In this document: positions 40,931 to 55,900 of the stretch, piece after piece
Position numbering within the stretch: position 1 is the stretch's first letter
Layout: each line of letters starts with the position of its first letter
Assembly (NCBI GenBank): GCA_951406725.2
Contig: OX597819.1
Location: 21,266,001 to 21,330,000 of the forward strand
DNA length: 64,000 nt
Source: Octopus vulgaris
Taxonomy: Eukaryota
Direction: 5' to 3'
Translations under genes and position numbers: made by a program
Notes under the pieces: model-generated
Databases searched by the model: none
What the model was told of the DNA's origin: nothing
The model's input: the letters and a program-made list of their open reading frames with translations, nothing else

Positions 40931-40939
40931 TATATAAGG

Positions 40940-41125
40940 GGAAAGTTTACGCAACTAAACAAAAGACGAAGGCAGGTGGAGTACAAACAAACAAATGCAT
41001 TAGTATGGCGCTCAGGAATAGAAATAGAACAAGTCTTTTACGTTTCGAGCCTACGCTCTTCGACAGAAAGATACACAGAAAAAAACAAGGAGAGAAAAAA
41101 TGCGTGTAGGAGCTAACGATCTATA
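40940..41125 (-). repeat. Repeat family H with mutated hammerhead core
   Basis: Minus strand CUGUCGA-a-GAGcguaggCUC-GAAA-CGU...GAGCGCC. Confidence 0.75.
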
Positions 41126-42309
41126 ATATATCTGTCTAACTATCTCTATATCTATTTCCATGTCTCTCTATTTCTCATTCTATCAGTTTCTTTATCTATT
41201 TGTCTACCTATCTAACTATCCATACATACGTACGTACATACATACGCACATACATATGCCTGTGTGTATATGTGTGCATAAATAGATATACTCACACAGC
41301 CTCAGTAACGGGCAAACTTAGATATGTATAGATAAATAAATATGAGTGTGTATATATTTCATCTTGTGTATGTATATACTTTTCCACTTAATGACTGATA
41401 AAAATAAATAGTCGAAAATATGCATAAACATATATGCAGATTGTAAATCTCTGGCCTTTAACAATGATCAATCGTTTTCATGGTAAAATTGCCGCTATAC
41501 ATACATGTGTGTGTGTTTTTCGGTGTGTGTATGTACATGTGATGTTGATACATGTTTGTAAAAACATTTATACATACATACACACACACACACACACATA
41601 TATACATACACACATATATATATATATATGCATAACGCATATATATATGCATTTATATACATATATACGTATATATACATATATATATATATACGTATAT
41701 ATACATATATATATACATATATACGTATATATATATATATATATACACACACATATATACGTATATATACATATACATACATATATATAATACACATATA
41801 TATGTATATATACATAAACATAAAGATATACATATAGATAGATAGTTAAGGATGTATATATAGTATTAATAACGATGCGTTTATTTTCTTTTCACGTTTC
41901 AGCTGCACCAAATAACCTTTCGACGAATGTAGTTATAATATCCGATAATTAGCCAGAGGAACTTTCCTAGCCCTCAGTTACATTCACACCCTCCGTATCG
42001 ATCGACAGTATGCTTTTATACCTACATATATGTATACATATATACAAACCTCCGTATGAATATTTATCAAGCTGACTATCTCCCTAACTATATAAATTTG
42101 CGTACATTACATACAAACACACATGTATTCATATAGATACAACGAATCTATGTTTTGATAAATATAAACGTACAAATTTTTATATATATAAACGTATAAA
42201 TTTATATATAAATATATATATATATAATCGAGATTCACTTGAACTAAGTACTTAAGTTGAAGCGCCAAGACAGTGCGGTATTATCCGCACAGCTCGATGT
42301 AAGGTGAAT

Positions 42310-42733
42310 AAAGTCAAAATAAGCATCGGGATATGAAGTAGTGATGCAGTACAACCGTTTCAAGCGGCTCCATTTAATTGAACGTTGCAATCGTAACATC
42401 AATTTAAATGCAGTGTCATCTTTAGTTGTAGGAATAAATAGATAGAATTTTAACAAGAATTTTAACATTAATACGATTTTCTCAATTATTTTAACAGAGC
42501 AACAAAATTGAAGAAATTCATGTTGTCGCTGTTTTTAGCTAAGAATAGACTGCAGTTCTAAGAATTGCATGAGGTCTAGTGAGGTCATAGTGTTGTAAGC
42601 GATTGTAATTACAATCTCTTACAACACTATGACCCCAAATTGATGTAATGATTGCATTGTTCAATTAATTGGATTCGCTTGAAACTGTCATACTGCATCA
42701 CCATTTGACATCCTGTTGCTTATTTTGATTATA
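42310..42733. repeat. Fold-back element with ~90-bp imperfect inverted termini and an internal ~52-bp hairpin
   Basis: tcaaaataagca..gtgatgcagta..tttcaagcg..acatcaattt is mirrored at the right end; hairpin ggtcatagtgttgtaagcgattgtaa|ttacaatctcttacaacactatgacc. Confidence 0.85.
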
Positions 42734-42934
42734 GATATGTACACCTTTATACTTTCATGTAGAAAGGGCACACACATCTTATTATAGATAGATGTATGCA
42801 TGAAAAAGGGATAATTTCTGCCACCAGATAATATTTAATAATAAACTTCTCTTCCCGTTAATGAATGTTCCGCAGTCATGCAGCGCCCTTATTATTATTT
42901 GTATTATTATTATTATCATTATTATTATTAATTC

Positions 42935-43272
42935 CTTCTTTCTTCAAATTTTCTTCCGTTTCTCGCCGAGTGTTTTCCGTACACCTAGGGCTGAGAAGCT
43001 CATTGTATGCATTCCCAGATTACACACGCAACTTCACAGGTAAAATATGTATTTAAAAATTAATAAACAAATAAATTCATGAATGGATGTTGTTTTCACA
43101 GCGATAATGCTCTTCTTAGTACATAACTCGTTCCAGTTAACACGATTTTTTGCACTTCCTGTAGGGATGGTAAGTCTGGTATCATTTTCAAATAGGCTTC
43201 AGTACCTTTTTTTTTTTATCATTTCTAGAGATCCTACAATCACTGGTACTGTAGACGCCTTGAGATGCCACT
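42935..43272 (-). mobile_element. R4/Dong-like retrotransposon 3' end abutting (TAA)n
   Basis: Minus translation WHLKASTVPVIVGSLEMIKK..YLKMIPDLPSLQEVQK, then a putative 3' UTR running into (TAA)n at ~42890-42930. Confidence 0.78.
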
Positions 43273-44009
43273 ATTATTTTTTTTTTCAGTCAATATGTCA
43301 TTAAGTCTCATTTCTATGTGGAAAATTTTCCCAAAACATACATTGTCATAATGACTGTCCGTAGTTCGATACATTTCCTTGTACGTTTGACTTTTGACCT
43401 TCGATTAAGCAACAGTTTCTCATTTAGTTGACTTTCAGTTGCTCAAGAACGTCTATGTCGTCGTTTTCACCGTCTTGGAGAACATGTTAACTAGGCTTTC
43501 TATGATGGGCTCCCAAGAATCCACCTGGCCCTAAGCTGGCTGCAATGTCTCCAATCAAAGCTAAAGAAGAACATTTTTCGAGCATATTTTAGTGATCGAA
43601 TTGTTATCTTCTGATGGTTATAACCTCGTCTTCATAATGAAGAATGGATTCAAAGTCTAATGGTTACATTTGAAGCAACAAACATAATGACTGGTTCGCA
43701 AATTTAATTAATATCCGAAATACTAATGTTCTATACAAGCAAAGTCCATATATATGCGGGGTTGATCAGCCTGGTGTCATTGTTATCAAATAATGTCATC
43801 CTGTAAAATCAAAGCAGCTTCCTTATCTGATTAATGAAATTAGTGACGAAGTAGATTATAAGAGGAAACGAAAAGCTCGACATCCGGAAATTTGGTTGGA
43901 TATATTTGAAACAAAAAAAGATGATCCTGTCCACGTAAGATATAAAATATACAGAAGAATGGTATCATTTATTCTATGATATACTGCAATCACGAAAAAT
44001 ATTGCATAT

Positions 44010-44400
44010 GGCGTAGGAGTAGCTGTGTGGTAAGTAGCTTGTTTACCAACCACATGGTTCCGGGTTCAGTCCCACTGCGTGGCACCTTGGGCAATTGTCT
44101 TCTACTATAGCCTTGTGAGTGGATTTGGTAGACGGAAACTGAAAGAAGCCGGTCGGATATATGTATTTATATATATATGTATGTGTGTGTATGTGTGTCT
44201 GTGCTTGTCCCCCCAACATCACTTGACAACCGATGCTGGTGTGTTTACGTCCCCGTAACTTAGCGGTTCGGCAAAAGAGACCGATAGAATAAGTACTAGG
44301 CTTACAAAGAATAAGTCCTTGGGTCAATTTGCTCGACTAAAAGCCGTGCTCCAGCATGGCTACAGTCAAATGACTGAAACAAGTAAAAGAGTAAAAGAGT
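44010..44400 (+). mobile_element. SINE family A, full length with a small internal deletion
   Basis: ggcgtaggagtagctgtgtggtaag...gaaacaagtaaaagagtaaaagagt. Confidence 0.93.
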
Positions 44401-45964
44401 ATGCTCATAACATCACACTTGAGATCGATTTTGAACATCACATACATGGCAACATCTGAAACACTCTCGTGCTTTTTAACAGAGAAGAAACTTTTGGTAC
44501 ATCGAAACCTCCACTTCGCTGGGTATTTTACAAAGAAAGGAAAAAAGTATTTTACTATGACTCGGTTAACCAACCGTCGTGATATTTGTTACACTCGTCT
44601 CTCATTTGCGAAATGTGAGAATGATAAGTAAATAATTCAACTTAATCCGTGTTGATCGTGCTGGCAATATTTGTCATTGAAGCAGCAAGTGTAATTAAAC
44701 TCACGTATCGCTGTTTGCAGCATTTACTGTTATTGAAACAAATGTAGTTCCATTCAAGTCAGTTGTTTACAGTTGTTGGTATTATTACAGCCAGATTAAT
44801 TAAAACCAAACGTTGCTGTTTACTGCATCTTCTATTAGTGAAACCTAGTTAATTACCCACTCTGCGTAGAAGATTGCAGTATTTCGTGTTAGTGTAGAAA
44901 GTATAATTAAACCCTTGTGTTTCTGTTTGAAGTATTTGGTATAAGTGAAGCTTGTATAATAAATCGACATCCTGTATTTGGCGTCAGTACAGCAAGTTTA
45001 ATTAAAACCATATGTGGTTGTTTGTATAATATGATGTTTGTGTGGCCTGTCGAGTTTATTAGTTGGAAGGTCAGCACTAGCGTACGTAATGTAGTGGACA
45101 AAGACATTGATTAATTAAAAATTACACCCTTAATGATGAGAAATAGTCATTATCTCAATGATTTATTATGTCCTAATGATTTATTATCATAGCAAGAGAC
45201 ACTCCACGAAATAAAAATTAATTAAATTTTATTTAATTTAAAACATTACACAGCAGGTAATGTGACTGATCTTTTGGTGTTTTCACGTTAATAACGATGT
45301 TTATCGTTTGGGTTAACAAATCGTTTGGTAAGATACAGTGTCCATGATATTAACATGCCTAACGAATAATGTGGGGTGTTTTTTAATGATTTAATCAACA
45401 ATAAAGGAACAATCTTATAATCAAAAGCTTTCCAGCTTCGTTTCGTGATACCTAAAATGGCGAGAAAGTAGGAAGAATGTATTTTGTGCCATGTAATCCG
45501 CCCGACATATCCAGGCACGGCTTATCACTCTCATCATTATAAATGCTGTGAACTCTTGATCGGTCAAACTATAATGCTTTAGTTACCGAACCTGCGGACC
45601 AAGACGTCTGTGGTATAGTAAAACGAGGCTTTACTAATCATGTAAGAATAACAGGCTAAACTAAAATCATCTGCGATAGTTTTTGATGTTAAATCACAAA
45701 TTAGCTGCAATCGGTGAGATTTATGACCGAGGTATTCCATCCGTGACCATACAAAATTCATTCAAACATAGTGTATCTAGAACTACATTATCTGAGATAT
45801 TATGAGTGGGGTTATTTGAAGGAGAATTTAGGTTTTATTTCTAGCATATCGAGTCAATGTGTGGCGCGTCCAACAAACCTGAACAAATCTGTAAGTTATA
45901 AGGAATTCAAATTCCCATTTTATACATACACATATATACACAAATGCACGCACGCAAACACACA

Positions 45965-46033
<69 letters not shown>

Positions 46034-48584
46034 TAAGTAATTAAGGGTTTAGCAACGATTTGCCTCACCACACACCGAATTTAGAAATAGCAGTCAAAGA
46101 GTTATGGCTATTCTTTCTACTTAAAGGGAGATCCCAGTAAAACCACAGCACTTAAAAAGCAAACAACGTATATATATATACATGCGTCTTAGTTTTATAT
46201 ATAGCTGTGGAACTCCGTCCGTTGCGACGACGAGCGTTCCAGATGACCCAATCAATGGAACAGCCTGCTCATCAAATTAACGTGCAAGAGGTGGAGCACT
46301 CCACAGACACGTGTACCCTGAATGTAATTCTCGGACAAATTTGCTATTTCAAAAGGACATTTTAATGTCATGTAAATAAAGATACTTTAAATGGTAGTTT
46401 ATCACTTAGCTCTCTATCCAGGAGTGTAGTACTGACTTTATGGACAATGCATGTTACGTTGGTGTAACTACTCAAGGTTTATCGTCTCATTAGGCATAGG
46501 TGGGTTGATAAATTAGAAAGGTTTCGGTATATTTCTGAATATTTCAGGAAAAATAATGGATTATTGATCAAGTGTTTTGCAGTACAAATTCCCTTTGGGC
46601 TTTAATAATAATTTTATGGGTGAAGGAAGGATTTTATGCAAAGTCAAGAAGAATGCGATTTATTTTTCAGGATCAATTATTAGAAAACGACGAATTCATG
46701 ATCAGAGAAGGGAAGTGATAAAAAAAAAATGTTCATAAAGATTTGCAGGAAATATGGAAGAAGATTAATGGATTATTTACTGAAGGGACGATATATTTAC
46801 GCTGAGATCCAATTCGTTTAGGACACTAAACAATAACATGACAGAACGTTTGCAATATTAATATTACAGATGTTACACTTGCTGTTGTTTAATAAAAGAT
46901 GGAAAAAATGTAAAGAAAGTCGAAAAGGAATTTATAACTGTACTCTTTGTTAATAAACCAATAAGTTGGGTTTTTTTTATATTTAAACGGATTTTTTAAT
47001 AATTGGGAATTGAGCATTGTTTTACAGGACAAGTTCAAGAACGGAAATTTTGAGTACGTTATGTTTCTACTAAATGTTGTTAGAATATTACTGAATTACA
47101 ATAAATGCATTTCTAGACTAGATAAGAATCATTCTAAGATTTGTCGATGGTTATGTGATCGTGACATTTCTAGATTTTAATACGAGCAATATGGGCGTCA
47201 TCATAGAGGGAACTTAAAATGTGTTCCCTAAAGATGAAAGCAAAGCGAAAATGAAAAAAGATAAGGCGTCTGAAAAGATTAGTAAATTTAGGCTAGGATG
47301 TTTCGTATAAAAATCAGTAGAAAGCATTGCAGATAAACATGGTGTAAAATATAGGATCAAAGCAAGAATGGATTTAATGTTAATAATGTTATGAAAGAAA
47401 GAATGGGAAAGCTGTATCCAGCTGTCATAAAGGATTTAGCCAGGGTAAAAAGAAGTTAGGCAATGCCTGTGCTATCCGAGTAGGGAATATATTAAATAAG
47501 GGGATGTTTATTTAGTTACTGCATATCAAAAACACTGTTTATGTGTCAAGTAATTGGAAGTGAGAACACGTCACGATTTCTGTCGTAATGTTATATATGA
47601 ATTAGTTACAGACGAGGACGAGATATTAATGGAGAAATTAAGAAAACTGAAGAAGTGATGCCAGTTATGTGGAAAAAAGTATCATTGTATTTCTTTTTAG
47701 ATACACACGTTAGAAGACATACATTATTAATCAAGTTTATAGCTGGATCAAAGAAAAGCACTAATAAACAGATAGTGATCTTAGTTAACGGAGAATTTAG
47801 TGTTATTAGGTAAGTTTTCTTTGATATAGTAAATCGACTTACAGAAATTCCGTGGTTAGATGAATATAGAGTAAATGGTATAACAAGGAAATTTCGGGTA
47901 TCATGTGAGATATGAGAGTAATTAAGGGGATACACGGGTATCATTTTAAAACACCATGTAATAATGGTGGTTTATGATTGATATAAGAAGAAATATATAA
48001 ATTAATGCATTCACTGTTCCGATGGAAATTTAAATGTATTCAAATAAGAATACAAAGAGATCTATATCAGATATAATGCAAAATGCATCTACAAATATCA
48101 AGATTTATCAGAGTTAATTAATTTTGCTTTAGATAATACTTCGTAAAATATTCTGACAAGTCAGAGGCATTCTAATGGCAGCTGGTTTGATGGTGAATAT
48201 TTAGTGTTTTGTAAGCCAGATTATGTTTAGCATCTTCAATTTCTTTAAAACTTATAATGAGTAAGAAATTACATCTAATGATATAGCAGAGAGACTGTTG
48301 TTGATATATCAGCGATATTTATTTTCTTTCCAAATTGAAGGCTTCTTTGAATATCGATTATTTAAATTTTTCGCCAGGGAACTGGAGGCTCGAATTAGTG
48401 GTAAAGTTATTAAGAATTTAATTCTCTGGACGCTTCAGTTGAGATATATAACGAATTTATAGTTATTTCTGAGGACAAGAGTAATAGCGAGTTTCATCTA
48501 GCAACAATGTCTTTTGCTGATAGTTCACATCAAGTAGATTATGACCAATGATATTAATACAGTAACGTTTTGCCTTTGTACATA

Positions 48585-49162
48585 TGTGTGTGTGTGTGTG
48601 TGTGTGTGTTTGTTTGTCCCCCCTCCACCAACATCGGTTGTCAACCGATGTTGGTGTGTTTGCGTGTCGGTAACTTAGCAGTTCGGCAAAAGACTCTGAT
48701 AGATTAAGCTCCAGGCTTACAGGGAATATGTCCCGGGTCGATTTCTTTGACTAAATTAAACGCAGGAGAACGGTTAATGGCAAGAAGACATAGAGGAGTG
48801 AGAGGGGAGATAGGGGAAGTTACACAGAGAGATCGGCTGAGTGAAGGAAGGGAATGGATAGAAAAAAATAGTGAAAGAGAACGAAACCATTCTCATGGGT
48901 AAAACGCTAAATTAACGCGCACGCGGCTGAGTACTGCACAGACATGCATACCATGAAGTAATTCTCCGAGAGATTCAACCACACATAGAATATGACAAGG
49001 CTGGTCCTTTTCAGTTACAGAAACAACTCATTTTTTTTTTTCAGATAGAATAAGCACCAGGCTTACAGGGAATAACTCCAGGGGTCAATTTCTTCGACTA
49101 AAGGGCTGTGCTCCAGCATGGCCACCATCAAATGACTGAAACAAGTAAAAGAATAAAAGAAT
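48585..49162. mobile_element. Mosaic of SINE A 3' halves (+) and a SINE C fragment (-)
   Basis: Family-A body at 48585-48755 and 49045-49162; family-C-like ctgagtactgcacagacatg..gacaaggctgg at 48910-49030. Confidence 0.7.
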
Positions 49163-49849
49163 ACCAGAAGAACATTCCGTACCAGTAAACCAAGAAGGTT
49201 CCTTGAACATGTACGATGTGTTTTAAGGCTAAATTGTAATTATGCTTATGTTTGCGTGAGATATTTTGGTGGGATTATATAGTTATTGGTTTTACACTTC
49301 TTTCTCTATTCTGTGTCACAGTATAGAACCTTTTCTCATGGCACCAACACACAGATACTTACATTTTTTATGTTTTTTCTTAAGTTTTCACGGGTCCAGC
49401 TAATTGGTAAGATTACAGCGCAAATAGTAACTCTCGGAAAATAACTAACAGAAAATGATTTATTGTTTCGGAATGCTACTAACTTCATAAGATGTCTGAT
49501 TTTGCAGATATTTAATGCTAAATACGGCACTTTATTTGTAGTCTCAACTTACATAATGATATTTGGTAATATTGTAACCATGTCGGGTGAAATGCTTAGA
49601 GGCATTTCGTCAGTATTTACGTTCTGAGTTCAAATTTCGCTGAGGTCTTTTTTACCAGAGTCGATGGAATTACATCAAATTTTCGACAGAGTTGCAGCTA
49701 TGAAGCACGGAAAAGAATAATCATTGATTTAATCTAAGTCACGCTGGTTTATTGATTACCATGTTTGTTTGAGTTCTTTGGATTAGCCCTAAGTGTGTAG
49801 TAGTCATGTGCCTGTTTCCATTAACGTAAAGAAGGAAACCTCTCATCTT

Positions 49850-50335
49850 CATTATTGTTCGATCGTGGTCGAGACAATGGAAGTTACTATGTTACGCCAG
49901 ACTTCACGGTCCATCATAGCATTACGGAGGTCTTGTTGCTGGATGCCTGCATCCCTGGAGATTACATCAGGGTAGGAGAGGTGTGCGCCCTCTGGTATCG
50001 CGAGCAGATGGCTTCCAGAGGAGAAGAGTAGAAATTTACTTCGTTTTCAGCGCTACAACAATGTCCAGCAAACTGGACTCTTCTACCCTTTCACAAAAGA
50101 TGATACAGGTGGTAATTTCCCATATATTTGTACTTTGGTTGGATGACGCTTCCACAAGAGATTTTGAGCTCTCATAAGGAGGCGTGTGTAAGTTCCATCC
50201 AACCGCCTCTCAAGCTTCTTTGATAACGTCCAGGTTTCTGAGACATATAGTAGAATTGGTTCGACTGTGGCTTTGAAAGTTTTAACTTTGAAATCTCTAA
50301 TTAGATTTGATGACCAGATCTTATGAATATCATAA
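49850..50335 (-). mobile_element. RTE-group LINE 3' end (decayed)
   Basis: Minus translation: KIWSSNL..KVKTFKATVEPILLYVSETWTL..LDGTYTRLLMRAQN..RRVQFAGHC..LLWKP..NAMMDREVWR. Confidence 0.88.
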
Positions 50336-51256
50336 GACCTCTGCTCTCTGCCTTAATTTGCCTATACGAGTTGTGGCCAGTGGTACGATTCAGTCTTTCT
50401 CCGCGTTTTAGTACGTGAAAACAATGGCTTTCATAGAGTAATGGCTATGATTTCAAGTTGGCGGTCTAGGCCCATTGCATGCCACTCTGTGGAGCAAGTT
50501 ATGGTTTTATTAATATATTTACTAAAAAGCAATTTATTTCTGAAATTATTTTACAACTTTTAATTTTGACTTTTAATCTTCTTATTTATCTTTATAAATC
50601 TAAGTTTTTGTTGCCTATTTGTGAGTCGGTTATTATATGGCTTCGAAATATTGTTTATTACTCAAATTGCATTTATATCAAATTATTATTTATATGCTTT
50701 ACTACTGAGTTTATATATGTTCATTATTTGCGGACCAAGTGCACACATTTGATTTGAATATTGCCAAACAGGTTTCAATTTTTCAAAGATAGTTTAACAT
50801 CATTAAACATAATAAAATTGCCTTGAGTGTCGAAATCCCCATGGTGTCCGCCAAGCCGATGGTGAAGACAATTCTCCACTTATGTGAAATTGGATTTCCA
50901 TAGGAATATTTCTCTTCGATGTTAGTGTTCGAGAGGAAGGGAGTGTTATTTGGTTTGCATTATTTTGTTGTGTGTACTTTTTGGTGGAATATACGGGTTC
51001 TTAGATATCTCCCTACCGGAGCTACAGTTCAGGGTATAATTATCTTCATACAGACTCTAAATAATTATAGTGTAGCATAGTCGAATTTCCTTTCTAAGGC
51101 GAATATGGTGCCTACATCTTCAAAGACACAAACACACACTCATGTGTTATATATATATATATATATATATGAATGTATGCAAGTATGTTTGGAAGTACGT
51201 ATGTATGCAAGCATACATACGTATGTAACTTTATAATGTGAGTGTGTGTTTGTGTA

Positions 51257-51313
<57 letters not shown>

Positions 51314-52132
51314 ATATAGCCTTGTAAATACATGTATACACTACTGTCTTACAGGCTCACCATTTGATTACACTAACATATCATTTATTTAGTTAAAAAT
51401 ACCAATAGTAAAATTGTTGCTAACATAAACGCTAGCGACGAGAAGTTAGGAAGTAAAAAGAAATAATAAAGAAAAGTATCGAAGTATCGAAAAACTGAAA
51501 ACAGAGTAAGAAAACAAAATGCAAAAGCAATGAAAAAAACAGAGAAAAGATAAAGAAACATACAAATAGGAAATAAACTACAAGAAGTAAAATCGGTGTA
51601 GGTGGGTGGTTCTATGGCAAATTATGGGTGCTTTCCGGGTAATCCGTAATAAAGTAATGTATAAACTGAGAAGATATACTTGCTGAGTTTTGAAATATAT
51701 TAATATACTTTTAGTAACTTTTGTCAAGTTTGAACCAGAGACGACAAAGTAACTGAAGTTAGGAGAAAATAATATACTCGTATGAAGCAAATGATACGGG
51801 AAAGGAAGATAATTGAGATGTCAAGATTACAAAAAAATATGAAGGCGAAGTTATTTTGAAATAAAATGATGTCTACATTTCTGACAAGCCTGATAAGAGG
51901 TTGTTATGAAATTTCAAGTTACGCGAACAAATAAATAATAAAATAAATATCTGATAGTCTTAGGGAAGCTTCACAAAAGATAAAATATGAAGAATCTTAT
52001 AATTATAGAAAGTACAAATGTACATACACACGACTTACCACACCACACTATACACGCAGAGTCAGACACACACAATCGCAGTTAGAAGTTGACGCACAAG
52101 CATAAGCACGCATCTATATAATATTAATATAC

Positions 52133-52168
<36 letters not shown>

Positions 52169-52372
52169 ATGTATACATATATGTATATGTGTATATATAT
52201 GTGTATATGTATATGTATGTATATATATATATATGTATATAAATATATATATATTTGTATATATACATTTCTATGTAAAATATATGTATGTATACATCCA
52301 TATAAACATCCATTCATCCATGCATACATAAATACATACATACATACATACATACATACATACATACATACA

Positions 52373-52405
<33 letters not shown>

Positions 52406-54603
52406 GCATATAGAAATACAAATACAAACCCATTTAAAAGATGCGGCTGCTTAGAACATGTTTTAATACATATCTGAGGCAAACCTATGCTTATGTGTTC
52501 TCTGAAACATCTAAAGCGATTATTTAAATAATTTTCTGGGTTTTCTAACAATTATGGCATAGATATAGAAGAGAAATGAAAAGCAATCCGTTTTGTTTCC
52601 ATAACAAACATGACAGGTGATAAATAACTGATGATATCGAGACCGTGCATAGTCCCTAGTGATGATCTCTTGCTAGAATTTTGTGTCACCCTTCTTTAAT
52701 GGAAGTGCTTGATGGGAACTTCAGCAGGTTTGGGCTGAACTAGGTTCAAGTTCTTTGTTATTTGCAATCTGAATGAAGTAAGAGAAAACGTTGAATGTCG
52801 ACGAGCGGGATTTCAAACATCATCCGTTAAATGTTTATCTAAGGTTTCTAAAATATTGAAATAATTTCTTAATAGATTCATAATTTTATACCCCAAAAAA
52901 TCCTTAGAAAGCTGAGTGTGCTAAATGCACGTACTTATTTACATCACAATTAAATTCTGGCAAAATTTCCTCAGATCTTTTCTAAGAAGGCCATCAAATA
53001 CCTAAGGTGAGTTAAGAATATTCGAAGTTATAAGTATCGTCTCTCTGATAATATGTGACAAAACTCATCAAGAAGTTTCTTCCGTGCTTAAAACACAAGA
53101 TATACAGTAAATAACTCGTAATTTGGTTTCATGGTCATTGTTTGTCGGTGGTTTATCGTGCCTCTTTAATTTACATAAGGTTCATTTATAAGAGCAAGTC
53201 TGAGTTTGTACATCACTAAAAGCAACTCATTTTATTGCAGATATATAAGTTAATTATTTACCATGAGGTTTTAAGAATACTAGAAAAGTGTGCGACCTCC
53301 CACATGAAAACATTGCAGTGGGGACAAAACTGGCTCTTGCTAATGGTCATCCAAATAATAAGACCTACGGTGTTGTAACATTCATTCCTTCATATTAAAT
53401 GAATTAACATATCTATATTAATGAATGTGTAAATGATGACTATGGCTGTAATGATAATAATTACACTGTTAAGGTTGATAATGATGGTTAACACTAAGAG
53501 AAGGAAAAGTAGATGGAGGGTGATTACAAGGATGACGATGATGATGATAACTGCAAAACTTAATGACTGATGGTGTTGATGGAATAAAGAGGATGTTGAT
53601 GATCACGATTATAGCAATGAAATATTGACGATGGTGATTGCCGTAGCAGTGGTGATGGTGCAAATGGTGGTGGTGGTAATGATGATGATGATGATGATGA
53701 TGATGATTACGATCATGGTTATGATTATAATATAAACAACGGTATCGATAAATAAAAGATCATCATTAATAACAATAATAATATTAATGACGACGACGAT
53801 GATGATGATGATGATGATGATGATAATGATAGAATAATAAATTAAGGGAAAATTTTGAAAACAGCGAATAATGACAGGAACGAAATGTCACTAATGCAAT
53901 GGTGAACACAAAGAGGCCATTTTTAATAAATGTTTATGAATAACAAAAGCCTGAACGCTGATGTGTCAAATTATAGGATGACACAGTAATGGCGAGTGGA
54001 AAGAAGCATGGCGATGTTTAATATGTGAACGCTTCCAACACTGGCAAAATCTGATCGCTACACTTGCTCTGAAGACACAAATAAAAAGTTATTTGCTCTG
54101 TGTCTAAGAGCAAGGGTTTTGCTTAAGTAAATTTAATTTCACAGCTGCCACCTCTAAATGGTTATTATTACTTTTGAGCCGCTATAAAAGAAGAGCTTAT
54201 CTTTATTTATTTATGTTTGTTTTGCCGTTTTATTTTTATTTATGTACGTTTCTTTTTTTTTGTCATTTGTTCTTTGTTTTTTTTTTTTATTTTTTTTTTT
54301 TTGCAGAGAAATGGTTGTTGCCAAAATCAACGATCGATGAAAATGCGATCGATACGTGTTATTAAAATATAAAAATAAACAGAAAAATACCAAAAACAAA
54401 AAAAAATGTTACATGAATAAATGACAAAAATTAAACAAAAAAATAGCATGAAATAAAATAAGAAACGAAATTAGAAACACAAAAAAAAATGAAAAACGTA
54501 ACAAATAAATAATAAACGAATAAGACATTTTTAGCTTCTTTGATGAACAGATTTGGTTGTTTGATAATAAAAGTTAGCTAAGTTAGCTTTTGTTACAAAG
54601 TAT

Positions 54604-54670
<67 letters not shown>

Positions 54671-55457
54671 AACATACATATATATATATATACATATATA
54701 TACATATGTATATACATAAATATATACTTACATGTATATATATATATATACATATATATACATTTATATATACATATATATATATATATATACATATAAA
54801 CATATATATACATATATATATATACATGCCTATATATATACATATATACAAATATACATACCTATATATATATATACATATATATACAATATATATATAT
54901 ATATATAGTTATAAATATATACATACACACACAGATACATAGACACAAATACACACACATGTATATATATATATATGTGTGTGTGTGTGTTTGTGCGTGT
55001 GTGTGTACATATAACTACATAATGTATACATATATAGGCATCCGTACGTATATATACACATACACTCGCTCCCGCATACACACACACATGTATATTTACA
55101 TATGTATGTGTGTATGTGTGTATGTATATGTTGTGACTATTTTTTATTCGGTAGTCATGTTAGTCACACATCGATTTTGAATTTCTATAAAGGCATAGAG
55201 TTTAAAATTAATATCAGGCCGACACTGCATTCCTCCGGAGCACATTTTCAAAAATGTCGGAGGCGTTTTAATAGAGATACTTCTCGCTGACTGGTTTAAA
55301 GAATGTTGGTTATCAAGATATTGCGGAAGAGAAATTTAGCATTGAAAAATCAAAAATATGAGTGGCTCCATTACTCTCTTCTCTTCCCCTCTTTCTCTAA
55401 GTTTCCGTACATCTTGCGATAGAATTTATATAACTTTTTCTCTGTCACCCAGAATAA

Positions 55458-55502
<45 letters not shown>

Positions 55503-55504
55503 TA

Positions 55505-55722
55505 AATATTTGTTGTGCAAGATTTTTTATGTGAAGTCGTGTGTTGAAACAGATATTTTTATATTTCGGAATGGTCATTTTGCCAGTTTAGCGAATAAAA
55601 ACACACGCACTATATATTTGGTGTTATTTTGCTTCAGTGTTATTTATTTTTTACATTAATCTTAATCTTATTTTGCCCAGAGTTCTTTCGTGACACTCAT
55701 GTGACCGCATCAGTGGTCCTTT
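55505..55722. repeat. Interspersed repeat shared with 23530-23716, with a hammerhead-like remnant on the minus strand
   Basis: Minus strand cca-CUGAUGC-ggucacaugagugucac-GAAA-gaacuc-ugg. Confidence 0.7.
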
Positions 55723-55866
55723 GGTTTCTTTTTTCTTATTTGTGTCTCTCCTTACTAACCGTCAGCCATTTTGTATTTCTATTGTATGTCTTCATTTGCG
55801 CATGCTTATATCTCTATGTGCGTTTATGTTTATTTAGTGTGTGTATGTGAGTGTTTTATCTTCTCA

Positions 55867-55899
<33 letters not shown>

Positions 55900-55900
<1 letters not shown>

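Noticed and set aside
52620-52650. CTGATGA followed by tatcgagacc
   Set aside because: No GAAA box or supporting stems; expected by chance.
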